Source: an uncultured Candidatus Bathyarchaeia archaeon (lineage in GTDB: Archaea > Thermoproteota > Bathyarchaeia > 40CM-2-53-6). Taken from it: a DNA stretch of 64,000 bases. Shown piece by piece: positions 9,273-18,975 of this stretch. Position 1 is the first letter of the stretch. The number at the start of each line of letters is the position of its first letter. The stretch is taken from assembly GCA_964598845.1 (NCBI GenBank), contig CAZRDM010000002.1:35428-99427 (forward strand), given 5' to 3'. Both the position numbers and the translations under genes were made by a program. Below the pieces are notes generated by a model. The model had not been told where the DNA came from. It made no database searches and was given only the letters and a program-made list of their open reading frames with translations.

Positions 9273-10901
9273 TTAGTATTCCGGCATTTCTCCGCCTCTC
9301 GGTGGTGGAGTCGGAGGTGGCTTCGCTGCTGCGATCACGTCGTCAATACGCAGTATCATCGATGCGGCTTCGGCTGCGGACTTGATGGCCTGTTCCTTGA
9401 CTCTTGTTGGATCAATCACGCCTTGTTTCTTCATGTCCCTAACGCCGCCCTTGAAGACATCAACGCCGTATGCGACGCCTTCCTTTTTCTCGTGTGCCGA
9501 GCGAAGGGCCACTGTGATGTCAATCGGATCGAGACCAGCGTTCTCCGCAAGCGTCTTTGGAATCATTTCGAGGGTGTCAGCGAAAGCCTCGATTGCGAGT
9601 TGCTCTCGCCCACCTACCTTACTGGCGTATTCCTTCACCCGCTTTGCGAGCTCACCCTCGATTGCGCCTCCGCCGACGACAACCTTGGGCTTGTGCACCA
9701 CATCGGCCACAACCGAAAGAGCGTCCTTCATCGCTCTTTCAGCCTCATCGACTAGGCGCTCGATACCTGCTCGGATTAGGATACTGACCGACCTTGGATC
9801 TTGGCATCCCTCTATGAAGACCATCTTGTCGTCGCCGATCTTTCTTTCCTCCGCAAGGCCCGCTTTGCCAAGATCTTTGGACGTCAAGTCATCTAAGTTC
9901 GTCACGATCCTTCCACCTGCAGCCCGTCCAAGCTTCTCCATGTCCGATTTCTTAATTCTCCGTACAGCAAGTATTCCTTCCTTTGCCAAGTAGTGCTGAG
10001 TGGTATCGTCGATGCCTTTCTGGCATAGTACGACATTAGCGCCAGAGGCCTTGATCTTATCGACCATCTCCTTCATCATGCGAGCCTCTTCGTCCAAGAA
10101 GGCTTTCATTTGGGATGGATCGTTGATTCGGATTTCCGCGGACATCTCCGTCTTCTCGATTTCCAGCGCGCAGTCAAGTAAAGCGATCTTCGGGTTCTTG
10201 ACCATTTTCGGCATGCCTGGATGAACAACTTCCTTGTCGATGATTATGCCCTTGATCAAATGCGTGTCGAGCAGGCTGCCGCCTTCCTTCTTGACGAGTT
10301 GAATGTTGTCGATGTCTGCATACCAAGAATCTCCACGTTTCTCCATGATCTGTTGGACGGCTTCGACGCCGATATCGGCGAAGTGCTCACGAGCCGCGCC
10401 CAGACCTTTGCTGTGCATTGCGGTGACAGCAACTTTCTTCAGCGTAGCCTCGTCTTCCAGCTTAACCGGCTCGGACATGGAATTCAAAGTTTCGACCGCT
10501 TTGTCTGCAGCTTTCTTGTAACCGGCGACGATCGTCGTCGGGTGAACGTTATCATCTAGAAGATTCTCAGCTCGTTTCAGCAGTTCGCCTGCAAGAATTA
10601 CCGCGGTCGTTGTTCCGTCACCGACTTCATCATCCTGCGTCTTGGCGACTTCGACCATCATCTTGGCTGCGGGATTCTGGACATCGATCTCGTCTAGAAC
10701 TGTGGCGCCGTCGTTAGTTACAGTCACATCGCCTAGAGTATCGACGAGCATCTTGTCCATTCCCCGTGGACCAAGAGTACTCTTTACAACTTCGGAAACA
10801 ACGATCGCCGCGGTCATGTTACTTCGCTGAGCATCACGACCTCGGTTCCGTGTTGAGCCTTCCTTTAGAATGAGTACCGGTTGACCGGCTAGATAGGCCA
10901 T
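9273..10901 (-). CDS. ths: Thermosome subunit (group II chaperonin)
   Basis: A 542-aa protein with the GDGTTT ATP-binding motif, NDGATVL, VVGGGA and the characteristic C-terminal GGEMPEY tail. Confidence 0.95.
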   Translation of the reverse strand: MAYLAGQPVLILKEGSTRNRGRDAQRSNMTAAIVVSEVVKSTLGPRGMDKMLVDTLGDVTVTNDGATVLDEIDVQNPAAKMMVEVAKTQDDEVGDGTTTAVILAGELLKRAENLLDDNVHPTTIVAGYKKAADKAVETLNSMSEPVKLEDEATLKKVAVTAMHSKGLGAAREHFADIGVEAVQQIMEKRGDSWYADIDNIQLVKKEGGSLLDTHLIKGIIIDKEVVHPGMPKMVKNPKIALLDCALEIEKTEMSAEIRINDPSQMKAFLDEEARMMKEMVDKIKASGANVVLCQKGIDDTTQHYLAKEGILAVRRIKKSDMEKLGRAAGGRIVTNLDDLTSKDLGKAGLAEERKIGDDKMVFIEGCQDPRSVSILIRAGIERLVDEAERAMKDALSVVADVVHKPKVVVGGGAIEGELAKRVKEYASKVGGREQLAIEAFADTLEMIPKTLAENAGLDPIDITVALRSAHEKKEGVAYGVDVFKGGVRDMKKQGVIDPTRVKEQAIKSAAEAASMILRIDDVIAAAKPPPTPPPRGGEMPEY

Positions 10902-10940
10902 TTTTGTTACCTCGGGTAACCCAGCATTAAAAATCCCGGT

Positions 10941-10948
10941 TATAAGTA
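10941..10948 (-). promoter_or_regulatory. Putative TATA box (TACTTATA on the minus strand) about 40 nt upstream of the thermosome ATG, with a GAGGT Shine-Dalgarno-like element
   Basis: An AT-rich TTATAA element lies in the GC-rich intergenic region at the spacing expected for an archaeal promoter plus a short 5'UTR. Confidence 0.35.
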
Positions 10949-11206
10949 TTTTTCTTTGCTAGTTTCCCTTCGCTTAGACGTACAGATTACGCAACTGCGC
11001 GGACGTTGGGGAGCACAGACCATGGAAGGGGATCAACCTTCTTCAGTGAGCGGTTACCCCATGGGTCATGGCACCATCAGAATGGCCTAGACATTGCTTC
11101 GCCAAGTTCCGAGAGAAGTTATTATAGCAGACTCGCCATTCGAGCGCGAATTGTCTTCTCGATTTCTCGAGAAAGTCTTGGGGAAAAGCAGTTGCCAGTG
11201 AATCTG

Positions 11207-11893
11207 ATGGTTCAAAGGACTAGCGTCCGCAATTCAACCTTGATAACTGGTTTTCATGGAGTGGGAGAAACAGGTTACATCTCAGTCTCATATCTCGTTC
11301 ACGCCCTGAACGCGAAGAGGATCGGGTTTGTAGACGTTGCTCATCCTCCGCCGTTCATAGCAACATCGGAATCCGGCCTAGTTACGCCATTCGAAGTCTA
11401 CAAGTCTGGTAGGATTGTGTTCGTCAAACTGGAGTTCTCTCCCCACAGGAGCGAGGAGGCTGAATTTGCTAAGACTCTTGCACAATGGACGATGGAGAAC
11501 AGATTCAGGGATGCAGTGTTGATCGGTGGACTGGACGGTAGCTTGCAGGCAGGAACGGACAGCATCAGAGTTGTCCCAACGCATACATACCCGCTCAAGA
11601 CGAGGAAAATGAATCACCCTACGCTTGAGGCCGGCCTCTTCGTTTACGGGCCCTTGGCAGTTATGTTGGGTGAGTTCGAGAAGCAGAACTTCCCGGCCGT
11701 CGCAGTATTGCCATACGCCTCGGCCAACCATGCTGACCCTAAGGCAGCCGCTACTGCAATCAGAGCTATTTCGAAAGCCTACCGCCTTATGGTGGACGTG
11801 AAAGAACTGGAGTATGATGCAAAGGATATCGAGCAAGAGGTTGAGAAACGGCTCCAGCAGACCGCGCGTTCATTACGTGGAATGTACGGATAA
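11207..11893 (+). CDS. PAC2-family protein (proteasome assembly chaperone-like, COG1938/DUF75). The ORF begins at 11006; the likely start is MVQRTS.
   Basis: The N-terminal ITGFHGVGETGYIS is a PAC2 hallmark GxxGxG-like motif. The size is about 228 aa. Confidence 0.65.
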   Translation: MVQRTSVRNSTLITGFHGVGETGYISVSYLVHALNAKRIGFVDVAHPPPFIATSESGLVTPFEVYKSGRIVFVKLEFSPHRSEEAEFAKTLAQWTMENRFRDAVLIGGLDGSLQAGTDSIRVVPTHTYPLKTRKMNHPTLEAGLFVYGPLAVMLGEFEKQNFPAVAVLPYASANHADPKAAATAIRAISKAYRLMVDVKELEYDAKDIEQEVEKRLQQTARSLRGMYG

Positions 11894-11953
11894 CTCGACA
11901 ATCATACATACGGATTGCTGAGCCATTCAGACAGACGAATTAGCTGATTACGA

Positions 11954-13213
11954 ATGCATCTACGATTTCTAGGGGCTTGTCAAGAAGTTGGCAGATCCGC
12001 GGTCGCCGTCAAGAGCGACCAGAGTCAAATCCTCATGGATTACGGTGTCTTGATAAACCACGAAGTGGGCTTCCCAGTTCATATATCACCAAAGGATCTT
12101 GATGCAGTCGTCCTCACACACGCGCATTTAGATCATAGCGGACTAACACCGCTCTTCTACCTGCACTCTACGAAGCTACCAGTGTATGGGGTAGAACCCA
12201 CCTTCAAACTGACCAGCGTTCTCGTTAGGGACATGATCAAGTTAAGTGGCTACTACCTCCCCTACGAGTACATAGACTTGGAGAGCATGATGAACCGAAC
12301 TGTCCCAGTTGAATATCATTCACCCTTGAAAGTTGGGGACTTTGACATTACTCTGGTCAATGCCGGTCACATACCTGGAAGTGCACAGATAATCGCGGAA
12401 AACAATGGAAAACGCGTCCTGTACACGGGAGACTACAATCTAATTCCAACCCATCTCGTCCAAGGTGCGGAGAGAGCCTATAGGCACTTGGATGCGATAA
12501 TCATTGAGAGCACCTACGCCAGTGAAGACCACCCTGAGAGAATAGAGGCGGAACGTAACTTCGTCCTAGCATGCAAAGAAATAATTGAAAACGGCGGGAC
12601 GGTACTCGTACCAGCCTTTGGAGTGGGTCGATCCCAGGAAATCATATGCATGCTCTCTGATCATAACTTCTCCTATCCTGTCTTCGTGGACGGCATGGCC
12701 TTGGATGCGATTAGAATGCTCGAGGAACATCCAAACTCTCTGAGGGATGCGGAACGCTTCAGGAAAGCCATGAGGTTGGCGGAGCACATCAATAATTGGA
12801 AAAGCCGACGCCACGCGGCGCAGACAGCTGGAGTAATAGTCTCCCCAGCAGGGATGCTGAAGGGAGGGGCCTCTGTGTTCTACATGGAAAATATTTCTCG
12901 CGATGAACGAAACGGCATCTTTCTTGTAAGCTACCAAGTCCAAGGCTCGCCGGGTAGAATACTGCTAGACGAGGGCCGCTTCATAATCAGAGGCAGACCT
13001 GGGAAAGTCAAAGCGCGCGTTGAGAAATTTGATTTCTCATCGCATGGAGGAAGGATGCAGCTTCAGGAGACTCTGAAGGAACTGGACAACAAAACTCGTG
13101 TCTTCGTAGTTCATGGCGATGAAGCAAATTGTAGGCATCTCGCGGACTGGGCAAATAGAGAACTTGGACTGCAAGCCACAGTACCTGAGCCAGGCGACAA
13201 CTACGATCTCTGA
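11954..13213 (+). CDS. Beta-CASP family metallo-beta-lactamase RNase (aCPSF2/RNase J-like)
   Basis: The THAHLDHSG motif (HxHxDH) is followed by beta-CASP motifs. The protein is 419 aa. Confidence 0.8.
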   Translation: MHLRFLGACQEVGRSAVAVKSDQSQILMDYGVLINHEVGFPVHISPKDLDAVVLTHAHLDHSGLTPLFYLHSTKLPVYGVEPTFKLTSVLVRDMIKLSGYYLPYEYIDLESMMNRTVPVEYHSPLKVGDFDITLVNAGHIPGSAQIIAENNGKRVLYTGDYNLIPTHLVQGAERAYRHLDAIIIESTYASEDHPERIEAERNFVLACKEIIENGGTVLVPAFGVGRSQEIICMLSDHNFSYPVFVDGMALDAIRMLEEHPNSLRDAERFRKAMRLAEHINNWKSRRHAAQTAGVIVSPAGMLKGGASVFYMENISRDERNGIFLVSYQVQGSPGRILLDEGRFIIRGRPGKVKARVEKFDFSSHGGRMQLQETLKELDNKTRVFVVHGDEANCRHLADWANRELGLQATVPEPGDNYDL

Positions 13214-13256
13214 AACCCTCGGCGTAATCCAGTTAGGAGATGCGTCCGATTACTCA

Positions 13257-13742
13257 TTGGAAGATTTGAAACCTCTCCTATCCGAGAAGCTTCCTTGGTT
13301 CAAGGTCCGAACAATCGACTATGTCCCGGGCACGCGCGAGGCCTATGATTCTCTACGTGACCAATTTCATTCAACTCGCATCTTGGCCCTTCTTGAGAGT
13401 GAAATCCAATCTCTGAAGGTGGACAGATTATTGGGTGTCGCGTCATTCGACCTGTATGTTCCGGGCATGAACTTTGTTTTCGGAGAAGCCAGACTTCTGG
13501 GGAGAGTGAGCGTGATTTCGACGTACAGGCTGAAACCACTACTCTCGGACGACTACATCCTATTCCAAGAAAGAGTTGTTAAAGAGGCTGTCCACGAAAT
13601 AGGTCACATGCTGGGCATGAGACATTGCACTGACCACTCGTGCGTCATGTACTTCTCGGAGAGTATAATTGACACTGATAGGAAGAGTTCCGAGTTCTGC
13701 CGCAATTGCCGTTCTGAATTGAAGAGGCTGAGAGTTGAGTAA
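13257..13742 (+). CDS. amzA: Archaemetzincin (zinc metalloprotease, AmzA-like). The start is uncertain (TTG candidates at 13257 or 13266), and the ORF frame overlaps the 3' end of the upstream gene.
   Basis: The HEIGHMLGMRHC zinc-binding motif (HExxHxxGxxH) is followed by Cys-rich CTDHSCVMY...CRNC, which is typical of archaemetzincins. Confidence 0.75.
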   Translation: MEDLKPLLSEKLPWFKVRTIDYVPGTREAYDSLRDQFHSTRILALLESEIQSLKVDRLLGVASFDLYVPGMNFVFGEARLLGRVSVISTYRLKPLLSDDYILFQERVVKEAVHEIGHMLGMRHCTDHSCVMYFSESIIDTDRKSSEFCRNCRSELKRLRVE

Positions 13743-14574
13743 GGAATTTAGAGCAAAGCCTGAACATCTCCTCCCTGAAATCCTGGCGATAGCGCTAGCT
13801 GGGGCTCTTACATACTCCTTGAGAAGTACTCCAGTAGAGCCGCTCACGATCTTTCCTGAAACAACGGGAGGAGTGACCCTTAACGCAAGCATTTTTGTTG
13901 TCCTCATGGCTGCGACGGGAACGATGATGTACCTGTTTGTGAAATTCGGTTTGAAACGAATAGTCAGATACCTGATTAACTTCGCCCTGTTCGCTCTGCT
14001 TTTCTTCCTGTTCACCTGGTACGGTACGCTCTACGCCAATTATATTCCAACTCTTTTCGACTCATCTATGTGGCTACTTGTCAGCCTGTTCGCGTCGATT
14101 GGCTTGGGTTTGGCTATATACAGATCGAAAGGGATCCCGCACCTAGCTGCGATAATTGTTGTAGGAGGAATGACCGGAACCTTCCTGGGCGTCTCGATTC
14201 CTACGCTTACTGCGGTAGCGCTTCTCCTCGCGCTAGCTGGCTACGATCTTTTCGCAGTCTACAAAGGTCCCATAGGAAAGATGGCGAAATCCACTGATAT
14301 AGAAGAGTTCACCGGCGCCGTCTTCACCTACGGGGACTTGACCATGGGTATGGGAGATATGGTGTTCTACTCGATGCTCGCAAGCAATTCGATGAAGAAC
14401 TTCGGTCTCTTTCCATATGTTGCAGCAGGAATCGGACTCGTAGTCGGCGCATACCTAGGCTTCAAAATGCTTGAGGGTCGAGACATGTTTCCAGGATTAC
14501 CATTCGCAATCATACTAGGACTGATTTTCATGTATGTGACGTTCCAGTTCTTACCGCCCCTCAAACCCACATGA
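13735..14574 (+). CDS. Presenilin/signal-peptide-peptidase homolog (GxGD intramembrane aspartyl protease)
   Basis: Multi-TM protein with the YD motif (LAGYDLFAVY), the GxGD motif (LTMGMGDMVFY) and a PAL-like motif near the C-terminus (FPGLPFAIILG). Confidence 0.7.
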   Translation: MSKEFRAKPEHLLPEILAIALAGALTYSLRSTPVEPLTIFPETTGGVTLNASIFVVLMAATGTMMYLFVKFGLKRIVRYLINFALFALLFFLFTWYGTLYANYIPTLFDSSMWLLVSLFASIGLGLAIYRSKGIPHLAAIIVVGGMTGTFLGVSIPTLTAVALLLALAGYDLFAVYKGPIGKMAKSTDIEEFTGAVFTYGDLTMGMGDMVFYSMLASNSMKNFGLFPYVAAGIGLVVGAYLGFKMLEGRDMFPGLPFAIILGLIFMYVTFQFLPPLKPT

Positions 14575-14705
14575 AGAAACGCGTAGACGTACTCGCGAAA
14601 CTGGCGGAAAGCCTCGTACGTCACTCGCGCATTTGACATCAATCCATTCCGGAAAGCATTAAGAAACGCATTCCATTGCATCTGACGTAACGGAAGTGTC
14701 CCAGC

Positions 14706-16043
14706 GTGCCCGCTCAACGAGCGATAATGCTCGCTCTACTCGTTGTTCTACCGAGCATATATGTGGGCTCGCTGGCAGGAACCCAAGTTGCAGCTCAAGC
14801 TACTGCTAATGCTGTGATGAACGAAGTTGAGATGGACCCTCCAGGCCCTGATATTGCAAAGCAGTGGATCGAACTCTATAACCCCACAAACCAAGGTGTA
14901 GATGTCTCTGGATGGAAACTCAGATCCGCAAGTGGAGCTGTAACAACTATGCAGTCTCGAATATCGGTTATTCCTAGTCTCGGATACTTGGTGTTAACTC
15001 TCCCGGGACGAAGCGTCATGAAGACAGGAGATACGGTAACCCTTAGTGATAGGAAGGGCACTGTAATCGATTCGACCCCGAATATCCGTGATGTGTCAGA
15101 CAACAATCTCACTTGGCAGAGGTTTCCCAATGGCATTGACACTGGAGCTCTGAGTGATTGGAGATTCTCACCCTCAACTAAGGGCGCCACAAACGGTAAA
15201 CTTGCTGCCACGTTGACCTTGGCCTCGCCAGTCTCATCTGCAACTTACGGAGACGCGATAACCCTGTCAGGAAAACTGAACTTGACAATGAGCACGAGTA
15301 TCTATCTTCTTATGAGGTTTGGGTCCTCATCAGTAAACCAAACACTTAGCACTACCAATGATGGAACATTCTCTTATGTCTGGAGTCCAAGCTCGGCGGG
15401 AGGTTATACCGCAACTGCCTTCTGGAAAGGAGATTCACTACACGACCCTGCAACATCGTCCACTGTCTCGATTCTCGTCAATAAACTCCAAGCCAAATTG
15501 ACGTTGTCTCCAACATCGATGAACTTGACAGAGCCTGCGCGCGCAACATTCACGGGAGCCATTTCACCGACGATCCCGCAGGCTCTGATCACCATCACAA
15601 TCATCACCCCAAATCAGACTGTGGAGTCACGCGCTGTGCAAACATCCACGAATGGGAGCTTCAGATTCACCTTCGTCCCATCTTTCCCCGGCAATTGGAC
15701 CTTGACTGCTTCATGGGAAGGAGATGCGAACCACTATGGAGATCAAAGCGCAGCATCTATCGTGAGGCTCTCACCCGTCACCGAATTCGACGCCTCACTC
15801 CTCATACTAATCACGATTCCAGTAACCATCGCTGTTGTGGCATTTGTGTACAGATATGCGGGAACTCCCCTTGGTCTGCCTCTAGGCCAGATTCTAAAGA
15901 GACGTGCTCCTCCTCATTTGAGACCACTGCGAGTTCTGAATGGCGCGATATGCCCGATGTGCTTTAGACCAATGATGTATGAACCGAAAGGCGCTGATTG
16001 GCACTGCGAGCACTGTGGAGTCTTTTATGAATCCCAAATATGA
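14706..16043 (+). CDS. Lamin-tail-domain (LTD) surface protein with Ig-like repeats, a C-terminal TM helix and a terminal zinc ribbon
   Basis: After a signal peptide comes the LTD core WIELYNPTNQGVDVSGWKL...GYLVLT. A beta-rich repeat region and the TM segment LLILITIPVTIAVVAFVY follow. The C-terminus carries CPMC...CEHC. Confidence 0.65.
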   Translation: MPAQRAIMLALLVVLPSIYVGSLAGTQVAAQATANAVMNEVEMDPPGPDIAKQWIELYNPTNQGVDVSGWKLRSASGAVTTMQSRISVIPSLGYLVLTLPGRSVMKTGDTVTLSDRKGTVIDSTPNIRDVSDNNLTWQRFPNGIDTGALSDWRFSPSTKGATNGKLAATLTLASPVSSATYGDAITLSGKLNLTMSTSIYLLMRFGSSSVNQTLSTTNDGTFSYVWSPSSAGGYTATAFWKGDSLHDPATSSTVSILVNKLQAKLTLSPTSMNLTEPARATFTGAISPTIPQALITITIITPNQTVESRAVQTSTNGSFRFTFVPSFPGNWTLTASWEGDANHYGDQSAASIVRLSPVTEFDASLLILITIPVTIAVVAFVYRYAGTPLGLPLGQILKRRAPPHLRPLRVLNGAICPMCFRPMMYEPKGADWHCEHCGVFYESQI

Positions 16044-16402
16044 GGAACCCAAATCGAGCGAACTATTACGATCGCACGTTCGCGAAATCGGGTATGCGCT
16101 GACTGCCTTGCTTGTTCCCTTTGGAGTGCGCCTAATACCGGAAGCATTCTCCTATCCATATCCCATCGGCTTCGATACAATCGGCTACTACATTCCGATC
16201 ATGCAATCCCGAATCGCGCTACTGACAAGCCCATCTAATTTCTTCGAGGGCACATGATGAGAAGTCCTTGCGGTTCCATTGAAATTCATAAACAGCTCGC
16301 AGTGGACATCGCGTCGCCGAAGAGTTGTTAAGTTTGTTCATACAAGTTTGACCCGCGGCATGACGTGGATTGACCTGCACTGAGGTTCCTCACGCCGGAT
16401 GA

Positions 16403-16416
16403 GGAGATGCATCTCC
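16403..16416. promoter_or_regulatory. Perfect 14-bp palindrome GGAGATGCATCTCC about 60 nt upstream of hpt
   Basis: An exact inverted repeat lies in the intergenic region. A second GAGGttCCTC palindrome is adjacent. Confidence 0.3.
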
Positions 16417-16475
16417 GCTGACCGCAACAACACTTATAGTGGGAACAGGGTGTTGCCGTAACGAACGGTGCTCTG

Positions 16476-17072
16476 ATGTCCGATTCGCGGAAATACGTTG
16501 CCCCTAGATGGGACAAGATTTACGAGATGCTCATTGACCTCGCTCTCAGGATAAGAGAGTCAGGTTTCAAGGCGGATCTAATTGTAGGTGTCTCGAGGGG
16601 GGGATGGGCACCGGGACGCGTACTTTCAGACCTATTGGAGAACCCACACACAGTCAACATCAAGATTGAGTTCTACACCGGCATTGGAAAGACTGCACGT
16701 ACTCCAATAATCACTCAACCGATAAGCGAAGAGATTTCCGGGAAGAAAGTCCTAGTCGTTGACGATGTAGCTGATACCGGGGAAAGCCTAAGGGTCGCCC
16801 TGGATCACGTACTCTCCAAAGGAGCAGAGAGCGTAAGAACGGTAACCATATACTACAAGCCTCACAGCACGTTCAAGCCGGATTTCTTTGCAGATTCCAC
16901 AAGTGATTGGATAATCTTCCCTTGGGAGAGGTTGGAAGCAACAAAGCTTTTGATCGAGGAAGCACGTTCTGGCGGTCGAAATTTAGACTCTGTCCGCCAG
17001 ATCTTGAAAGGATGCGGTTTTGACGACAAGACCATCGAATCACTACTTCAGCTCGCCATTCCAAGGTCATAG
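16476..17072 (+). CDS. hpt: Hypoxanthine/guanine phosphoribosyltransferase
   Basis: PRPP-binding motif VLVVDDVADTGESL. The size is about 198 aa. Confidence 0.85.
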   Translation: MSDSRKYVAPRWDKIYEMLIDLALRIRESGFKADLIVGVSRGGWAPGRVLSDLLENPHTVNIKIEFYTGIGKTARTPIITQPISEEISGKKVLVVDDVADTGESLRVALDHVLSKGAESVRTVTIYYKPHSTFKPDFFADSTSDWIIFPWERLEATKLLIEEARSGGRNLDSVRQILKGCGFDDKTIESLLQLAIPRS

Positions 17073-17075
17073 GGC

Positions 17076-17642
17076 TTGCTCTTTGAATTTCCGGAACTCA
17101 GATGCTATCTTCGAATCTCCGGATTCGATGCTTCCGCTAGTGATGTGGCAGCAATCCTTCAAGCGGTTCAGGACAAGTTTCCTAGAGTCGCTATCCAGCT
17201 TGTTGACATAGACAGAGTTCCAGGGTCACGGTTTCTGCTTCACGCTGTCTTCAACGCCTGGAAATCATTCCACTCGGGAGACCCGATCTCAAGAACGCTT
17301 GGAATGGAGATACTGCTCTTCGTCGCAGCCAACTCGCAGATAAGCGAGGCGATCAAAGCAGTTGGCGTCACTTCCAATACAAGAAAGATCGCCGCGGTTC
17401 TGGCTGGTCCCTCAAGGGAAGAGGTTTCGGCAGCCGCAGACTTCCTGTCGAACCTCCTCAGGGGGCAAGGCCGGGATGAACTTCTCGAGGAGTGGTCGCC
17501 AGAGAGGATTCAGAATGTGCGTTTCGCCTATCAAATCGGTGGAAGAGAATTCAAAGCAACAGCTCGAAAAGGCGAGGAGATCGTTAAGGTTATAGAACGC
17601 TTAGCAATCGAACGGTCTGCCCTGCTCGCGATCAGGAAATAA
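17076..17642 (+). CDS. cgi121: KEOPS complex subunit Cgi121
   Basis: 188 aa with a Cgi121-like pattern (GFDASAS...HAVFNAWKSF...MEILLFVAANSQISEAIKAVG). Confidence 0.65.
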   Translation: MLFEFPELRCYLRISGFDASASDVAAILQAVQDKFPRVAIQLVDIDRVPGSRFLLHAVFNAWKSFHSGDPISRTLGMEILLFVAANSQISEAIKAVGVTSNTRKIAAVLAGPSREEVSAAADFLSNLLRGQGRDELLEEWSPERIQNVRFAYQIGGREFKATARKGEEIVKVIERLAIERSALLAIRK

Positions 17643-17647
17643 CAGAC

Positions 17648-18175
17648 TCACCCTGTTCGTTTCTCGCGCTCAATCGATAGAACATCGTGCGCAGTAATCA
17701 GAGACACACCCGCCAACTTGCCGATTATCTCAACAAGCATTATCTTGTCTGGCGAGTCGAGGTCGACCGCTCGATCAATCCGTCTAGCGATTGTTTCGAT
17801 AATCGTCTTACTAGACAGGTCAGTGTGGCGTTTCTCCACAGTAATTCTGAATTTCTCTTGTTCGCCGATTCCGCTCACTAGGTTTAGGGCTGCCTGCTCG
17901 ATCTCCTCCAAGTTTGCAGGTACGACCTTCTGCACGGGAACCAGTTTCAACGTGTACTTGAATTCCCAAGGCCTTTCCCTGAGAAGACTTCGAAGATCGC
18001 GAATTGCTTTAATCGGATCCAGCTTAGTCTTGGCAACAACCAATCCTATGACCGATGTAGTTTCGATGATCGAACCCCGGTCTCCTACCTCTCCTAGGAG
18101 ATACCACATCTCGCTACACGTGTTCCGTTCATTACCGCGGCTTGTCGAAATGATGAGATTAAAGTCATCTAGCAT
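17648..18175 (-). CDS. THUMP-domain RNA-binding protein (COG1818-like)
   Basis: 175 aa with a C-terminal THUMP-like region. Its neighbours are t6A-related genes. Confidence 0.55.
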   Translation of the reverse strand: MLDDFNLIISTSRGNERNTCSEMWYLLGEVGDRGSIIETTSVIGLVVAKTKLDPIKAIRDLRSLLRERPWEFKYTLKLVPVQKVVPANLEEIEQAALNLVSGIGEQEKFRITVEKRHTDLSSKTIIETIARRIDRAVDLDSPDKIMLVEIIGKLAGVSLITAHDVLSIEREKRTG

Positions 18176-18222
18176 TGGAGAGACACCAAGAGCGTCGAGA
18201 TTGGACTGCGGAGCATTAATAG

Positions 18223-18846
18223 CTATCCCGTCTCCCGGTGCTTAAGGAACTTCATAATCTCTCCTCTGCTAATCGGACCCTCACGCAAGAGCTCTAACCG
18301 ATCCTTCGACAAGTCGACAACGGTTGAAGCTATTCCAAGAGGAGCTCTACCGCCATCAAGGACAAGGTCAACACGGTCTCCCAATTCCTTCACGACGTCT
18401 TCAGCTGTGATGAGAGGTGATCTCCCAGTCAAGTTTGCGCTTGTCCCAACCAAGTGCCCAGAACACAATCCCAAGAGATCAAGACAGATAGCGTGATCCG
18501 GCCTACGCACGCCCACAGTCCCCTGTGGAACAAGATCGGCTGGAAGCACTTTTCTCGCAGGCAAAACCAGAGTGAGAGGTCCCGGCCAGAACCTCTGCGC
18601 TAGCCTCCTAGCTTGGTTCGAAAGCTCAGCAATCCTTTCCGCGTCCTCGAGGCTCTTCACCAAGACAGGCATGGGCTTCGTTCGCCCACTCTTTGCTTTT
18701 ATCGCCCTCTGAACCGCCGAGGCGTTAAGGGGATCGCAACCCAACCCATATACTGTATCGGTGGGATAGCAGATGAGACCTCCATTTGCCACAACTCGGG
18801 CGGCTTCAGCCAAGCTATCCAAGTCAGGCTTCAACACGCGTACCAA
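18223..18846 (-). CDS. tsaC: L-threonylcarbamoyladenylate synthase TsaC/Sua5 (YrdC domain)
   Basis: YrdC motifs YPTDTVYGLGCD...GTSAN with a conserved N-terminal K/R. Confidence 0.85.
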   Translation of the reverse strand: MVRVLKPDLDSLAEAARVVANGGLICYPTDTVYGLGCDPLNASAVQRAIKAKSGRTKPMPVLVKSLEDAERIAELSNQARRLAQRFWPGPLTLVLPARKVLPADLVPQGTVGVRRPDHAICLDLLGLCSGHLVGTSANLTGRSPLITAEDVVKELGDRVDLVLDGGRAPLGIASTVVDLSKDRLELLREGPISRGEIMKFLKHRETG

Positions 18847-18975
18847 ACGAACTCACCAAACTCTTTGATGCTACCAAAGCTGCAAACTGCTTAAAGATTA
18901 GTCCGCAGACTCGGTGGAATAACTAGAGACTTCGGACTCAGTTGGGAATCAGTGCGAACCTGGGAGAGCTTGAGA

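Noticed and set aside
9382-10830. Multiple plus-strand ORFs antisense to the thermosome gene
   Set aside because: They are shadow ORFs of a highly conserved chaperonin gene.
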